A stretch of 64,000 nucleotides of DNA from the human T2T-CHM13v2.0 reference genome, Homo sapiens. Positions 27,315-41,158 of this stretch are shown here, piece after piece; the first letter of the stretch is position 1, and every line of letters begins with the position of its first letter. The notes under the pieces were generated by a model. It saw nothing but the letters and a program-made list of their open reading frames with translations, was not told where the DNA came from and did no database searches. The DNA is taken from NCBI RefSeq assembly GCF_009914755.1, contig NC_060937.1; one strand, written 5' to 3'. A program made the position numbers and the translations under genes.

Positions 27315-27604
27315 GGCTGGGCACAGTGGTTCACACTTGTAACCAAGATGTTTAAGGGACCAAGATGGGAGGATTACTGGAGACCAGGAGTTTGAGACCA
27401 GCCTGGACAACACAGCAAGACCCCATCTCTACCAAATAAATGAATAAATAAATAACCAGACATTGCAGTATACACCTGTAGTCTCAGCTACTTAAGAGGC
27501 TGAGGTGGGAGGTTCACTTGAGCCCAGTAGTATGAGGTTATAGTGAGCTATAATCCCTCTACTGAACACCAAACTGGGCAATAGAGTGAGACCATGTCTC
27601 AAAA
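27315..27604 (+). mobile_element. AluJ (Jo/Jr-like), highly diverged
   Basis: Dimeric structure; degenerate TSD TTATTAYTCTA on both sides. Confidence 0.9.
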
Positions 27605-29689
27605 CTATATATATTATTACTCTAAAACAAAAATAATACAGATTTTATGATTTTGATTTTATATTATCTCAATGAAAATAATTATAAATATCATGCATGT
27701 TTAGAGTCTATTATTATGTAAATTTGGACGGTGACTTTCCATACTGGGGCATTAACTTTGAGTATCCTTAAGACATACATGTTGAATCACAGCCAGTATC
27801 AGAAAGTCCAAGACAGGGATAAACATGAAAAAAATAAGTTTTGCTGTATCTCATGAACAATGTCCAAATAATTAATATGCATAAGTAAATGTAACCTGTA
27901 ATATAAAAATAAAAATTAAATTTAAAATTTTGACTAAAAAATGCTGATTCAATAGCAAGTCATTTAATACTTGGTAGGTAGACTTTCAATAACCTTTCTA
28001 TAATGATATCGTATTAATAGAAAATACATAGGTATTCTAGTCAGAAATAAGCATAATTCACATGTTTGGCATTAATTTATTTTAATTAAGAATTTTTTCT
28101 GTTTTCCCTGTAAACTCAAATGACAGTTCTCTGATATATCATGTTATAGCAACAGGAATATTCTTCCATGTGTGGAGGTGAAAAAATTTATGTAATTCTC
28201 CTTCCCAATAGGCTTTTAATTTCTAACATTCCTACCAACCCTCCCATTAGAATTACTCTCCCTCAGAACTCAGTACTTATTGACCAACTAGTTTTTAATT
28301 ATAAGGAACATGTCTTTGAATTCTACTAAGCACACTATTTATTCAGTAATCCTTAATCATAATTTCAGGACTCAGGGCATTAAAATTAATTTACTCTTTA
28401 GAGATGAGAACAGATTGCCCATCAGAAGAGGAAAAGTTTAAATGTACGTTTTATAAGAAGCTTAAAGGGCTCACAAGGCATTGATAAAGCCTTAGGGCGA
28501 TAAAAAAAAAGTCACCTGATAAATTAAGTGTATTTTACTCTAATACAACGTATATTCTTCTAATTACTTTTTATTATATAAATTTAGAATTTTTTGAGTT
28601 TCTAGGGTATCCAGAATGATTGATGAATTATCTCTGCTGATTATGCAATCTTATGGAGATGAAAAAACAAATACTCCTCTTTGTTTTGATAGTTTAATCT
28701 TTTACCTAAGCAGCTATATTTCACCCACTTAGGTGTATTTAATTTTGAAACCCATAATCAAAAATCAAATTTTATTACTCTTTAATCTTTCTTTTTGATT
28801 CATTATTCCCTCTGGTATCTCAAAATATTTTGATAATGAAAATTCCCAACACACAATTATGAGATAAGGGCTCACCAAAAACATAATCATGAAATATACT
28901 TATCTACTCCTTGATAACATGATAGTGATTTACATTCAATCCAAAACATGTTAATAAGTGGCATATTTCATTCTGTCTATTCATGTACAATATGCTATTA
29001 TTATAATCCATTAGTTATTTTCACCTTTTTTGTTATGTATATCATATTTTCCCACTAACAACCTTTTTTTTTTCACACTTCTCCATCTGTTTTGGTTTCC
29101 CACATTGAAGTTCCTTTCAAATATCCCCTAGCCAATATCTAGTTAAGCCATGGGATCTCCTATGTTTCCTTACAAAGTGCCCTGATTATGGTAACTGTGC
29201 AATAAATGCATACTTTTGAGATATACTAATACAATTCCAATCAGTATGTCCCATGATAAAAGTCTTTATGTACTCTTAAGATGATGTAGTAAAAACTATC
29301 TTCTCTGTAACAATAAATAAAATAAGGCATTACATATAACAATTGTTGAAAAAATATAGTCAAGACAGAACTTTTTTTTAAAATTTCAAGTGGAGGCTTT
29401 GAAGAACATTAGGTTTATCCAGGCTTTTTTTAAGCAAGTGTATTGTGGATTATTACTTATATCCCTTGACTATTTCCAAATGAAGGAAGGGAGGCTACAT
29501 GGTTTACCCTGAAAAACATTTTATGATGCCACAATCATCTTCAAAGCAACTCATCTTGACTATATCCACAATTATTTGTTTGGACTACTTTAAAACATTG
29601 TTACTTATTATAAAATTTGTTTTTATATTTTTTCATTTAAGTTGTTACAACATACATTCCTAAGTGTGAAAATGTTATCGTACGTTAAG

Positions 29690-30778
29690 CATAGCTACAA
29701 GATAAATAAAAAACCAAAATCACGATATTGTTTTGAAATAAGAAATTTAATTTTATCAAAATTAAAAACTTATCTGCAAAAGACACTTGAAATAAAGGAA
29801 TGAAAAACAAGCCACAGAATTGAGAACATGTTTATATATATATATATATGTATATATATACATATATGTATATATGTGTGTGTATCTATCTATCTATCTA
29901 TCTATATCTGACAAAGAATGTGTACCTAGAATATATAAAGAGCTTTTAAAATGCAATAATAAGAAAATAAGTAACATCATTTTTTAAATGGGCAAATATT
30001 TGGACAATTCACCAAAGACAATATGCAGATGATAAATGAGCGCATGGAAAGATGCTCAGTATAGTTAGTCACTGGGACAAATGTACATGAAACTGTGATG
30101 AGATACAAGTGTATACCTATGGAATGGCTAAAATTGAAAAAGATTGATGACATGAAGTTATTTCACGGGTCAGAACAACTATAATTCTCATATGTTCCTG
30201 GTGAGAAGGCAATATGTTAAAGTCACTTTGGAAAATATTTAGGCAATTGCCTATAAAGTTAAACATATGTTTTCTAAATGACCCAGCAATCCCAACCAAA
30301 GAGCAATGAAAATTTATGTTGATGTAAAAACTGAACACAGATGTTTATAGCATCTTTATTCATAATTTCTCCAAACTGAAGACAATCTAAATATCCTTCA
30401 TTGTTCAATAGATAAACAAATTCTGGTCCATAGGATGAAATACTACATAGCACTAAAAAGGAATAATGTAGTGATATATACAAAAGGGATGAATCTCAAA
30501 TATGTTATGCTAAGTAGAAGAATCCATACTCAAAAGGCAGAATTATACACTATGTTATGTTATTTATATGACATTCTGAACAAGGTCATATTATAGAAAC
30601 AGAAAACAAATTAGTATTTGCCATTAGGTGGGAAGAGGAGACACGGAGTACAATGCATTAGAAGGTGGGAGAACTCTTCTATATCATGTTGTGGTGGTTG
30701 TAACTCAGTTGTCTGTGTCAAAGTTTATAGAACTGAATACCAAAAAGAGTGAGTTTTATTCTATACAAATAAATAAAA
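29690..30778 (+). mobile_element. Old L1M (L1ME-like) ORF2 end and 3'UTR
   Basis: ATATCTGACAAAG, AAATGGGCAAA, GACCCAGCAATCCCA and GGATGAATCTCAAA motifs in L1 order. Confidence 0.85.
29833..29908. repeat. Compound (TA)n-(TG)n-(TCTA)n microsatellite
   Basis: Directly visible inside the L1M. Confidence 0.95.
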
Positions 30779-31343
30779 GGAGAAATCATAATCATACTAG
30801 GTAGGTTGGCAGTGACCACATGTAGAATATAAAGCCTGCCTTCACTATGGGTCGGCTTTAACTTGTGAAAACACTATGAATTCAGATGATATGTTATGTC
30901 TTTGCTTTTAAGTTAGAATATGTTGTTATGTTGAAATAACATAATAATTGGAGCTGATTTCTCAGCCTGTTCCATCATGTGTTTGGATTTTAATAACCTT
31001 ATTATTTAATATAATATCTAACCATTATCTTTCTTTGGAGAAATGTGTACAAAAATCTATTTTGACACACCCTGAACTAATCATTGTACTGTTGGCAATA
31101 GTTCTCCATTAAGTGTCAGGGTCATAGACTTAGAAAAATAATACAAAATGTCAAAAATGTGTTAATATTCTTCATCTGTAGCTACACAAGTTAATTTTCC
31201 AAGTCAATTCAATTTCAAATATTTACAATCATGGAAATAAAGTGACTAAAGCAGATGACAGTAACTGATGAACCTAAGGTATGGAGGTGCTAGAGAGTAA
31301 GTTTGGAAATGGTAGAATCTTGAAACTGAGAGTCCCAAGAAAA

Positions 31344-31404
31344 GTGTGTGTGTGTGTGTGTGTGTGTGTGCATGTGTGTATGTATGTGTGTCTGTGTCTG
31401 TGTG
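31344..31404. repeat. (TG)n microsatellite
   Basis: About 13 perfect GT units followed by degenerate units. Confidence 0.95.
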
Positions 31405-32472
31405 TAGTGTGTTTTCAATGAAGCCATGTTAAGTTTGCTGAAAAGCAGCAGTCTACAAAATCATCACTACATCCCTCATAGATTATAGTCAATTTAGCAA
31501 AAGGGTTAAAAAGAAAAGGGAGCCTTTTGGGTTTATTCTATATCCACAAAGAGAATATTTCATCCCCTTTCAGGAATTAAGAGAGTGAGAGAGAGATCAC
31601 AAAATTTAGAGATTTCTGCAAAGAGTGAAACTGACATTTTCTGATCTTCTCTTGTGAAATTAAAATGAGAAAAATGAGAATCAAGGACAAATGATGACAG
31701 CTCATGGCTGCTAGAAAATAAGGCACTTGGTTCCCAGTTCCATAGATTTACGAAGTTTTATTTATTCACAGGGAAACTCTACACTGACTGGGTGTAAGCT
31801 GTACGTGAGTTTGGGACCATTTTCTTTCCTGGGAATACTACAGATGGGACCAAAAGTGTATGCATAAGAGAAAAGTGGTGTTAATTTCCAGAAAACTCTA
31901 GCCAAGGATATGGTTTAGCACCCTTGGGGACGATATGTATCTAGATGAGCTTCATTTGTGGCAGCCCCACTTCACCGAGGCCCATTGAAGCCATTAACTA
32001 TATACACTAAACCCATATACCATAATCAAAGATGGAAATGACAGCCAACTAAAAAGAAGACTGCAACTTGATCATGGTAGGTCAACTAACGAAGTGTCTC
32101 AGACCTTCTTCTTCATTCCAACCAATCCAGACCTAGAGGAACTAGTATAGGAAGTTGGAGAAGGAGAGTGAGAATACCTAGAACTTACGTTCACCAGAGC
32201 CACAAGTCTAGTCTGATATTAAGGGAGAGGAGATGGGCTTTAGATAAAGTATGAGAAAGGTTTTTGAAAATGAATAGGAATGAGCTTTTAAGAGCTAGAA
32301 TGAGACTCCTCTAAAAAATCCAAGAATCACTGAAAAGTTATGCAAATAAAATCAGCTCTTATTAAGGGAAACTACTATCCAATGGTGAAACGGCAGGGTT
32401 AACTGCAATTACTGGAAACATTTGTTTAATGTTTGTAACCAACGAATTATAAAATCTCAAAAAATGGCTACA
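31403..32472 (+). mobile_element. Possible ancient solo LTR (LTR78-like)
   Basis: About 1.07-kb purine-rich block bounded by TGTAG... and ...GCTACA with TGTG on both flanks; family call is weak recall. Confidence 0.4.
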
Positions 32473-35400
32473 TGTGTAATCCCATTTTCAAGTTAATGCT
32501 TATAATTGAAGAAATCTTGACTCAATATAGGTTTAATTGTGCTAATTTGGAAGAATGAAAGAAAAAGCTCACTTACATAATATATTTGAGAATTCATAAC
32601 AAAAAGGTCAAGTAAACATGGAGCATCAAAGTTATAATTTTATCTTATATCCTAGAAGAATTTTCATTGAATCCTTTCATTTAGATTGATTGTTCAGAGG
32701 CAAGAAATGTTCAGATTCTCAATCTGAATATTAAATAAAGAAGCAAACCTGAGAAGTAGATACATACAATGTAAATATTTCTGTAGCTCAGATATGTGCA
32801 AAAGGCAACGGGAACAGAAGAAGCAATTCTAAATATAATTGTTATCAAAGAAATGCTCTCAAATCTACAGTGTAATTATTGAATATTCTCTAATGCAGAC
32901 AACTTTAAAAACATTATAAATACTAATAGTCCCACTGTATATTTCTTGATGAAATTTTAATAAGCTATTTATCTTTTATCTCAGGTTGAAAAGTGTCCCT
33001 ACAAGAAATCAACCAGTTTGAACTTTGTTTAATGCACTCTTGCACATGGGTAATTGTCCATCCACCTTCAAGATTAGTTATATTTGGTAGAAAATAATGT
33101 CAACCAATGGATGCCAGTCACTTCCGTTTTAAGGACATGGGTATACTTTGTTGTTTACTTACAAAAATTTTTTGGATCAGAGTTATCAGAAATTTTCAGA
33201 TTTTTGACTACACTGCTTGGATCACTGAACTGCTTTTAGTGACTACTTCACAAATTTCTAAGTGCAATATAAAAACTTTATCAAAGTGATAGATTCAACT
33301 AAATAAAAAAGTATTGAGTAGCTGTAATATGACGAGTCTTGTGTTGGATTCTGGGAAGTCAATGATAAAAAATATAGGCTCATTTGAGAAAACAGCAAAG
33401 CTAACATGAAATACTGAACCTGGCAGGACCATGGCTACTGTCAAAGGCTAGTAAGTGCCAGATGACATGGGATTTTATATAAGAAATGAACCAAGTAATA
33501 AATAAAATAGTGTGTCAGAGGAACAATACATAAACCAATATTTAAAAATCCACAAATATTTAATTTTACCTCCAAACAATCCCTTTATGGAAGAGCCTTG
33601 ATGTTTTATGAAAAATACCATCCCTGATCATTGCTTTACTACCTGATAATTCATAAAAATTTTCTTCAGAAAGATTGAATGTCTTATCCTTTATACCCTT
33701 TTCTGACCCTAAACCCTGATTTCAACAAAGTCTGATGCACAGAAAAGGTAGATCTTGTCTTCTTTTCATAAGATTTCTGTTCTGGATATTTGCCATAATT
33801 ATATTCTCAAGTATATTTAATATTAAATACTTGATCTTATATTTAAGATTTTGGATCATTTGATCACCACAGATCCAAGAGAAAGTTATTAAATAATATG
33901 TATGATAAGTTCAGTATTAGATCAAAAGTATTAAAATTAAGTTTTAAATATATTTCAGTGTAAATATAGTCTATTGGGCCAAGCTTGTCCCTGGGTTGTA
34001 AATTTGAGCAGTACTATGCTCTGTGACTAGAATATGGGTGCAACCAAACATACTCCTCATTTGGCTCAGGTCCTGTAAAACATATACTTGATATATTCTT
34101 TTTATTTAAGGCTCATGACAGCACACTTCATATAATCTTCAGAACAATCTTTTCAACTAAAAGGGTATTTGCTTTGTTATTTTCTGTCTTCCTTTTTCTT
34201 GGTTTTCCTCCCTGTGATATTTATTCAAATAAATTAACTTGGAAAAAAATTAACTTGGAAACCTGGAAGCCTAAGTCTCTTTTTATAGATTTAGTTTAAT
34301 TTATTTGACCTATTTGGCTGCCTTGCTTTCGGTTTTAGTTTCCTAGGGTAGACATGTGAAAAAACACTGCGGATTGTTGTTTAACCTCAAATCTATCACC
34401 TGATTTCCTGAAATAATCACACCTACTGTTTTAGTGTCCTGGGGAAAATGGGGCAGGGTTTCCCATTTCTAGGCAGCTACTCATAGAATTATAGAACAGT
34501 GAAAATCCTTAGAGGTCATTTGATTCCTTAGTTTGCTATAGAGATTTTTTCTTCCTTAGATATTTCAGGACACAAGAGCAACAAAACTCAGCCCTGAATC
34601 AATTCTGGACCACATAATCATAACAATCAATTGCCCTTCCTTCATCATGATATATAAAGGGTACAGTACAGCATCCAGGTGCTAAGAAAAAGTGTCAATA
34701 TGCCTATGAAGGCTGAAAATCTTTGAAATAATTGAATGGTAGAGGATCTACAAATGGCACAGTGTGAAAACTAATTAATTGGGTACTCAGTTGACTGAAT
34801 ACATTTTCTGAAAAAGTGATATTACTACATAAAGTACGTTGGGTTTCCCACAATAACTAAGAATAAGACTTTTATTCCTCTAACCTTTAACAAACATGTG
34901 GCCTAGAAATTCCATTATTTCAGGTCTTTTTTCTTTCACTGAGTAGCTCTTGAGAATAGACCATGAGCAAATAACAGAAATTAAGTAATAGAAATCTAGG
35001 GCTGAAAGGGATACTGGGAATAGTCTTATTCATGTCTCTCTTACTAACTGATTTTAAAACTAAGATATAAAGTTGTTAGATACTTCAACCAAATTCCCTC
35101 AGATAACTAATGAGTATTACCATCACTCGGAAATCAAGAAGTAATCTTATATATTTCAAGGAATGTATTGAATTTAGTATGATAAGGAAGATGATTTAAA
35201 GTTCACAACAAATCTGCTCCAAAATTTGTTATGAAATAAATAAAATAGTAAAGGGAAATAATTATTTAATGAATCCTGGTTTGTAAAAACAATATTTGAT
35301 CAATCAGAATCATTTCTGACTGATTCACATTCCTTATGGTTGGCTAAAAGAGGTTGTGGCTGCTCATCAAATTGGCAGGTCTGCATGGTTGGATGAAAAA

Positions 35401-36349
35401 GGAAGATAATCAGTTGAGTGTTTGAACTAGATTCAACAGCAATTGTTGAGTAGAGCTTCATGGACTTGAGCATAGTACAGTGATGTCTTGAAATAAATAG
35501 AGTGCACTCATTTATAAAATATTGAGAAACATGTACATTATTAATCATTTTATTTTTTACAATTTGATAAATGCATAACCAATATGTCTCTTGCCATGTT
35601 TGTATGAATGTCTTGATTTTAATTAGATCGTCTATTCTTTAGAGGTTAGACTTAAGGGTTTTCTTGTCATCTCTTTTTGCATGTGCTTTAGGATAATGCA
35701 TTCAAGAATTTTAAAATATAAAGAGCTGAAGGTTTAGGAACACTTTTTTATGTGTATTTTATTTTAAAATATGGGTGTTAGCATTAAGAGATAACATAAA
35801 TAATTTTTTTTGGCTAACCTTGTAATTTACAGATATTTAGCTTAAGCTTTTCATTAATTAAGCAGCTATCTAAATCATATGAAAATAGAGCTTTAGGAAC
35901 AAATGTTTTATACATTATATCCTTTCTATTTATTTCAATGTTTTCACTATTTCCTTGGTTTTATTCTCTGTCATTTATTCAGAAGAATTGACAAGGCTTA
36001 AAAATATTACTTCTCTGAAATGTTTTTTCCCTCATGTAGAGATGGGCATCATTTATAAGATGCAGTAAATCACAATAAACCTTTACTTAAAAAGTTTGGG
36101 ACTGGTAGAGACCTATGAATAATCTTAAGTTGTAGATATAAAAATTATGAATAATGATACACAGTGGCATTTTAGTTATCCTTTTTGTTGGAAAGAAAAA
36201 ACAAGAAAGTCACTAGCCCTTCAGAGATTTGGAAAACCAAATTTATTAAGATAAGGAAATAGAAAATGATTGATGATTCCAAACTAGATGGGTTAGGGGA
36301 ACCTTTTTAGATTCACAAACACTAACTTTTTAAACAAGAAAATCGAATA

Positions 36350-36560
36350 GTCAACAAATATTTGTTGAGCAGTTACTGTGAATGAGCCACTCTGCTATAT
36401 GCTGCAAAGCATAGACAAAAAGTAAGACACGATCTCACTCTATAAATTGTATTGCAATCTAGGAGGCAGTGAGAAACCCATATAAATGAATAATTATTTA
36501 TTTAAATGGCAAAACATGATGCACACCACAGAAAAGACATAAGTAAGGTACTATAGGTTT
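36350..36560 (-). mobile_element. L2 3' end
   Basis: TCAACAAATATTTGTTGAGCA..TACTGTG terminus motif. Confidence 0.65.
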
Positions 36561-36967
36561 CAGACGCTACCTTCTTACCTCTCTGGGGATGACTTTAATA
36601 AATTTAAATCTTTGTTTCTGCTGTGTGACAGCTGCTGACCCTTGAGTGACTGTGGTCTGGTGTGGAGTGTCATAGGTGGAGGCGTTAAAGAGATGGTAGC
36701 TGAAAGTACAAGGAGGAGGAGGAACAAGGTGAGTGAGAGAGCTGAGTATTAGGAATGTGGAGGGGTGGAAATTAATGGGTCATGGACATAAATAGGGGAC
36801 TGAGGAACCCAAGAAACAAAGAAGGAGGGATTGCGTTAACAGCAGATTAGGAAAATGAAAGATATACATAGTAAGGTCATAGAATATGATGGTCAACATC
36901 TAGTTGGACAATTTTGCGCAAATCACTCTACCTCTTTAAGCTTTTGGTTTCATCAAAGGTAAAAAAA

Positions 36968-37070
36968 AATTCAGTAAATATTTATTGAACTCCTACTATG
37001 CACCAGGCCTTTTTTCCAGGACTCGAAGATCCAAATTTAATAAGTCATAGTCTCTGCCTTTAAGGAGGCT
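36968..37070 (-). mobile_element. L2 3' end fragment
   Basis: ATTCAGTAAATATTTATTGAACTCCTACTATGCACCAGGC. Confidence 0.7.
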
Positions 37071-37194
37071 GAAATGACTGTATAATACAAAAATAAATTT
37101 TTTGTTTTAAAATTAAAAACACAAAATGAATAATATTAATAAAATCAATCAAAATTAGTTGAATTTCTATGGTACACTAGATTTACATGGTGAG

Positions 37195-37545
37195 GAAGTA
37201 GTAAGGTGCAAGAGCTTTCAAGTCACCATAGATCTTGATTCAAATGGTTTCAGTCACTAATTCCCTGGAACACACTTAATCCCTGTCAGCCTGTTGTTTC
37301 TTGCTCTGGAGAATGTGAATAATCACATTCCCATGTAACAAATAAACTATATGAGTTATTTATTATTTTTTGTTTGATTGTTTATCCATCATTGCACACC
37401 CTAGTGCCCAGGACAGTACCTTGTCTAGTAGTCAAATAAAGAATATTTGTTGAATAGAGCTTTTGGAAAGATTAAATAATGATTTGCTTAAAGTGCTTAT
37501 GCACAGGAAACAGCAAATATAAATGCCAACACGTTTATTAATTTA
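37195..37545 (+). mobile_element. MIR apparently interrupted by an L2 3' fragment (about 37370-37455)
   Basis: AAGAGC..GATTCAAAT head and GATTAAAT..TAAAGTGCTTA tail flank CCTAGTGCCCAGGACAGTACCT..AATATTTGTTGAAT. Confidence 0.55.
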
Positions 37546-38138
37546 AAAATATTATTGGCTTTCAGCTATAATATCTGTGATTTGTTGAGGAAGAAATAAA
37601 TGTTTGAAGGACATATAGATGGGGGCATCATTCAGTGAGAAAGTCTTAAAATTAATTTTACTCTTTAAATATTTAAATTACTAATTGGAAAATATAACTT
37701 ACCCATATATTGGGAATGATTCTTTCTACCAGTTTAGAAAGGCTGGCCACATATAAGTTCTTAGGGAATAATAACAAAATTTACTTTAAAAGAACATTTT
37801 AACGGCCTCTGAATAAATAAAACACCTACCTTTTTCATTATGCCTTTCCCCTTAGAATCAATAGACCTGGGGCAACATTTATTATTCTAGGGACCAATAC
37901 ATTTTTCAGATACTTGAGGATTCCTTTCTTGGTACCCTTTCCTTTTCAGGGAAATTGTCTAACCAATCCAAAGAATGGAGAACTCACATAAAGCCCATAA
38001 ACTTTGCATGTTGCACTGTCACATATAAAGGAGAAAGACCAAACGTGAAATAAGGCAGACTGTCTTCCTCAGAAGCAGCAACAGTAAGCATATTTCTTTT
38101 AAGCAGATAGAGAAGGTTGAATCAAAAATAGTATCAGG

Positions 38139-38447
38139 TGCTGGATGTGGTGGCTCACACCAGTAATCCCAGCACTCTGGGAGGCCGAGGTGGGTGGATC
38201 ACCCTGAGATCAGGAGTTTGAGACCAGCCTGGCCAAGATGATGAAACCTCGTCTCTACTAAAAATACAAAAATTAGCTGGGCATGGTGGCGGGCACCTGT
38301 GATCCCAGCTACTCGGGAGGCTGAGGGAGGAAAATCGCTTGAACCCGGAAGGTGGAAGTTGTAGTGAGCAGAGTGCATGGAGTGCCACTGCAATCCAGCC
38401 TGGGAGACAGAGTGAGACTCCGTCTCAAATAATAATAATAATAATAA
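38139..38447 (+). mobile_element. AluS (Sx/Sz-like) with (TAA)n tail
   Basis: Full dimer; TSD AAYARTATCAGG at 38127-38138 and 38446-38457. Confidence 0.96.
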
Positions 38448-39859
38448 CAATATCAGGCATTTTAATGGATGTACTATTTTTTAAATACTATGTAGTGTTT
38501 ATACTTGCATTTAATAAGTGATGAGATTGAATCTTTGAGATTTGAAATGACTGGGTAAATTCATAGAGCTTGTTAGTGGCAGTAATCATCATATTAAAAC
38601 AAGTCTTAACACTGCTATTCCTTCTGTACTATAACTTCTTAAGGTTATCATTACATTTACCTCAGTTGTAGACAATGTTTCCTCCACCCTGAAATTCGGA
38701 AAGCTTTCTACTAAAAGAAGAGATTCTTGTCTATTCTGAGATATCCAATTATTTTCCAAGGAAAAATTTATATCAAAAATAGCCTTTTAATAGGAAGCAT
38801 TTTTTCTTTGTGCATTATATGTAGAAAATAACTAGCACATGTATTACACTTTCTTAGTAATCAATAATCAATACCTATCCTCAGCTTATCATTATCAATG
38901 TGATTACTTGTTATTAATATACACACTGAAGGTTACCAAATGCTATTACTTTACAAAAAAGAAAAAACAAAGCAAGAGGTAGAAAAAAACCCTCAAATTC
39001 CTTTGTTGGTACTTAGTTCATTTATTTTGACAAGTGCAGTTTAATTTTAACAACTGGCTTAATCAGCCTTAATGCTGACTCACTCCAGGGAACACAAAAG
39101 AGAAAGCCAGAATCAACTTAAGGGCAGGAAAGGTCTTCTCTGCCTTGTGGTAGAACACAAAATGTTTACTACTTCCATTTATTTTTTGATAGATTTTTTT
39201 AGACTAACAATTAAAACATTTACTGAGCATCTTTTATATCTGTAACGCTATGAGAATTGATACTAGAAATACCTTTAAGATTTGTTTCCATGACCCAAAT
39301 AAAATTCTATGAAAATTTATAATTTTGTTTTCATTTCCTTCCAAGTTTGGACAATTCCCTAGTTCATTTCTGAAATTTACCTTACTATTCTGGTTTTGGT
39401 GAGGGCTCCAAATCCTTACTGATTCTAAGATATTTACACAATGTCTTCTTTGAATGACAGAATAGCATGCAATGTAATACTAAGGCAACCACCATTCAAA
39501 GTAATAGACAAGCTCTCCTGCATTGCCTCAAAGTACAGACTGTCAATAGAGATGGAAAATTAAATTTAGAGGAAGCACTATTATATATTGTTACAAAGGG
39601 TTAAATCATGTCCCTAGGAATATAAAGACAGAAGAGCAGGTTGAGTCTATATGTATATAAATAAATAAATAAGCAAATAAAGTTAAGAGATGTTTTTTTC
39701 ACCCAACCTGGGGATAGAACATATTCAGAAGTGAATTTACCATGTATCATAAAATATCATTAAGCATAGAATAGTGCTTAAATTTAAAGGAATCCATTAC
39801 ATATATCCTGTCCAAGACCCTGGTAGAGGTGGTGATGAGGGATCTAACACTGTTTTCCC

Positions 39860-40580
39860 ATCATCACATATTTTTGTGACATTTTAAATTTTATTAAGTG
39901 AAATTAACTGTAATATTTCACTTCAACTTCACCTCCATCTTAATCTTCCTTGTATTAGTGGCCTTGGAGTGACTGTTGGCAATTTGGAGTTTGTCTAAGG
40001 GAAGTTGAGTTGGAAATGCACTTGGTTTGACTTAAAGGGAGAGATATTTATATGGTTCACTGTTGTTTTCTTATTATGAAGTTACCTTAAGGCATGAAAG
40101 TTTTCCAGCAAAATTTCTACTATCTATTGTTTTAACTTGCGTGGCACGTCTACAAACTCAGAACTTCTGGCAAAAGCCAGAAATCAAAAAATAAGGTGGA
40201 CATATTTTTTCTCCCCAGCACTACGTGTAGAGCTATATGGGAATATTGAAGTAAAATGTAGATTTGACAAGGATGGAATAAGAAGCTAGCGTGTGGGAAA
40301 TTCTTCCAATAATCACACTTAACTTACAATTAAGCAGGGGATTTTAAAATCTAGTAGAAACATCAACTCTCTTCTGTCACAAATATACTTAACAACGTGG
40401 CATGTACAATCATAAATTCACCATATAAGAAACTTACTTTATTTCTGCGTGAAATTGATATAAATTATTCTGACACCAAGAAGAAAATTGTAACACAAAT
40501 TTTCAAAGCATAACAAAATCACTTATTCAAATATTTGGGAAAAAAGTCATGAATAGGCTCTTGAATTGTTTAATAATACA
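39860..40580. mobile_element. Arthur1/MER69-like hAT-Tip100 DNA transposon fragment, may resume after 40906
   Basis: Blocks CTAAGGGAAGTTGAGTTGG, GATATTTATATGGTTC and GAAGCTAG.GTGTGG.AAATTCTTCCAAT match recalled Arthur1. Confidence 0.55.
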
Positions 40581-40591
40581 GCTAGTAAAAA

Positions 40592-40896
40592 TGGATATGT
40601 TCTAGAGATCTGCTATACAACAAAACACCTATAGTTAACAATAGTAGATTGTTTACTTTAAATTTTGTTGATAGGATAGATCTCATGTTAAATGTCCCTA
40701 AAATAAAAAAATTAAAATTAAAATAAAAACAGAACACAAAGAGGTATAAGAAAACTCTTAGAGGGAATGGCTATGTCTGTTACTTTGATAGTCCTGATAG
40801 TTTCATGGGTATGTCCAAAGACACTAGCTTGTATCAAGTTAAATATATGAGGTTTTTTGCGTATCAATTATACTTCAAAAAAGCTGCTTAAAAAAA
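40592..40896 (+). mobile_element. Short L1MB-like 3' end
   Basis: TTCTAGAGATCTGCT..CTATAGTTAACAATA..TAGATCTCATGTTAA..TCAATTATACTTCAA.AAAGCTG plus polyA; TSD CTAGTAAAAA at 40582-40591 and 40897-40906. Confidence 0.85.
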
Positions 40897-41158
40897 CTAG
40901 TAAAAACTGTAGCATATAAACATACTGGAAAACTTCTAAAAATTTGAATATTTCAATTCCTTCCTATGTAATGAAGTTAAATGAATATAACATACCACTC
41001 ATAATATACTACTAAATGCAAATAACAATAACTTGATTAATGAGTTACCTAAACGAGAAACCTATCATTTATCATTGCACAAGAAAATTTTAAAAGCCTT
41101 AGAGTTTTATATAAAAACTTGATATGCATATAATACACTATTAATAGTACTATTAACA

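Noticed and set aside
36351-36368. Perfect 18-bp palindrome TCAACAAATATTTGTTGA
   Set aside because: One substitution away from the near-palindromic L2 terminus, so explained by the repeat
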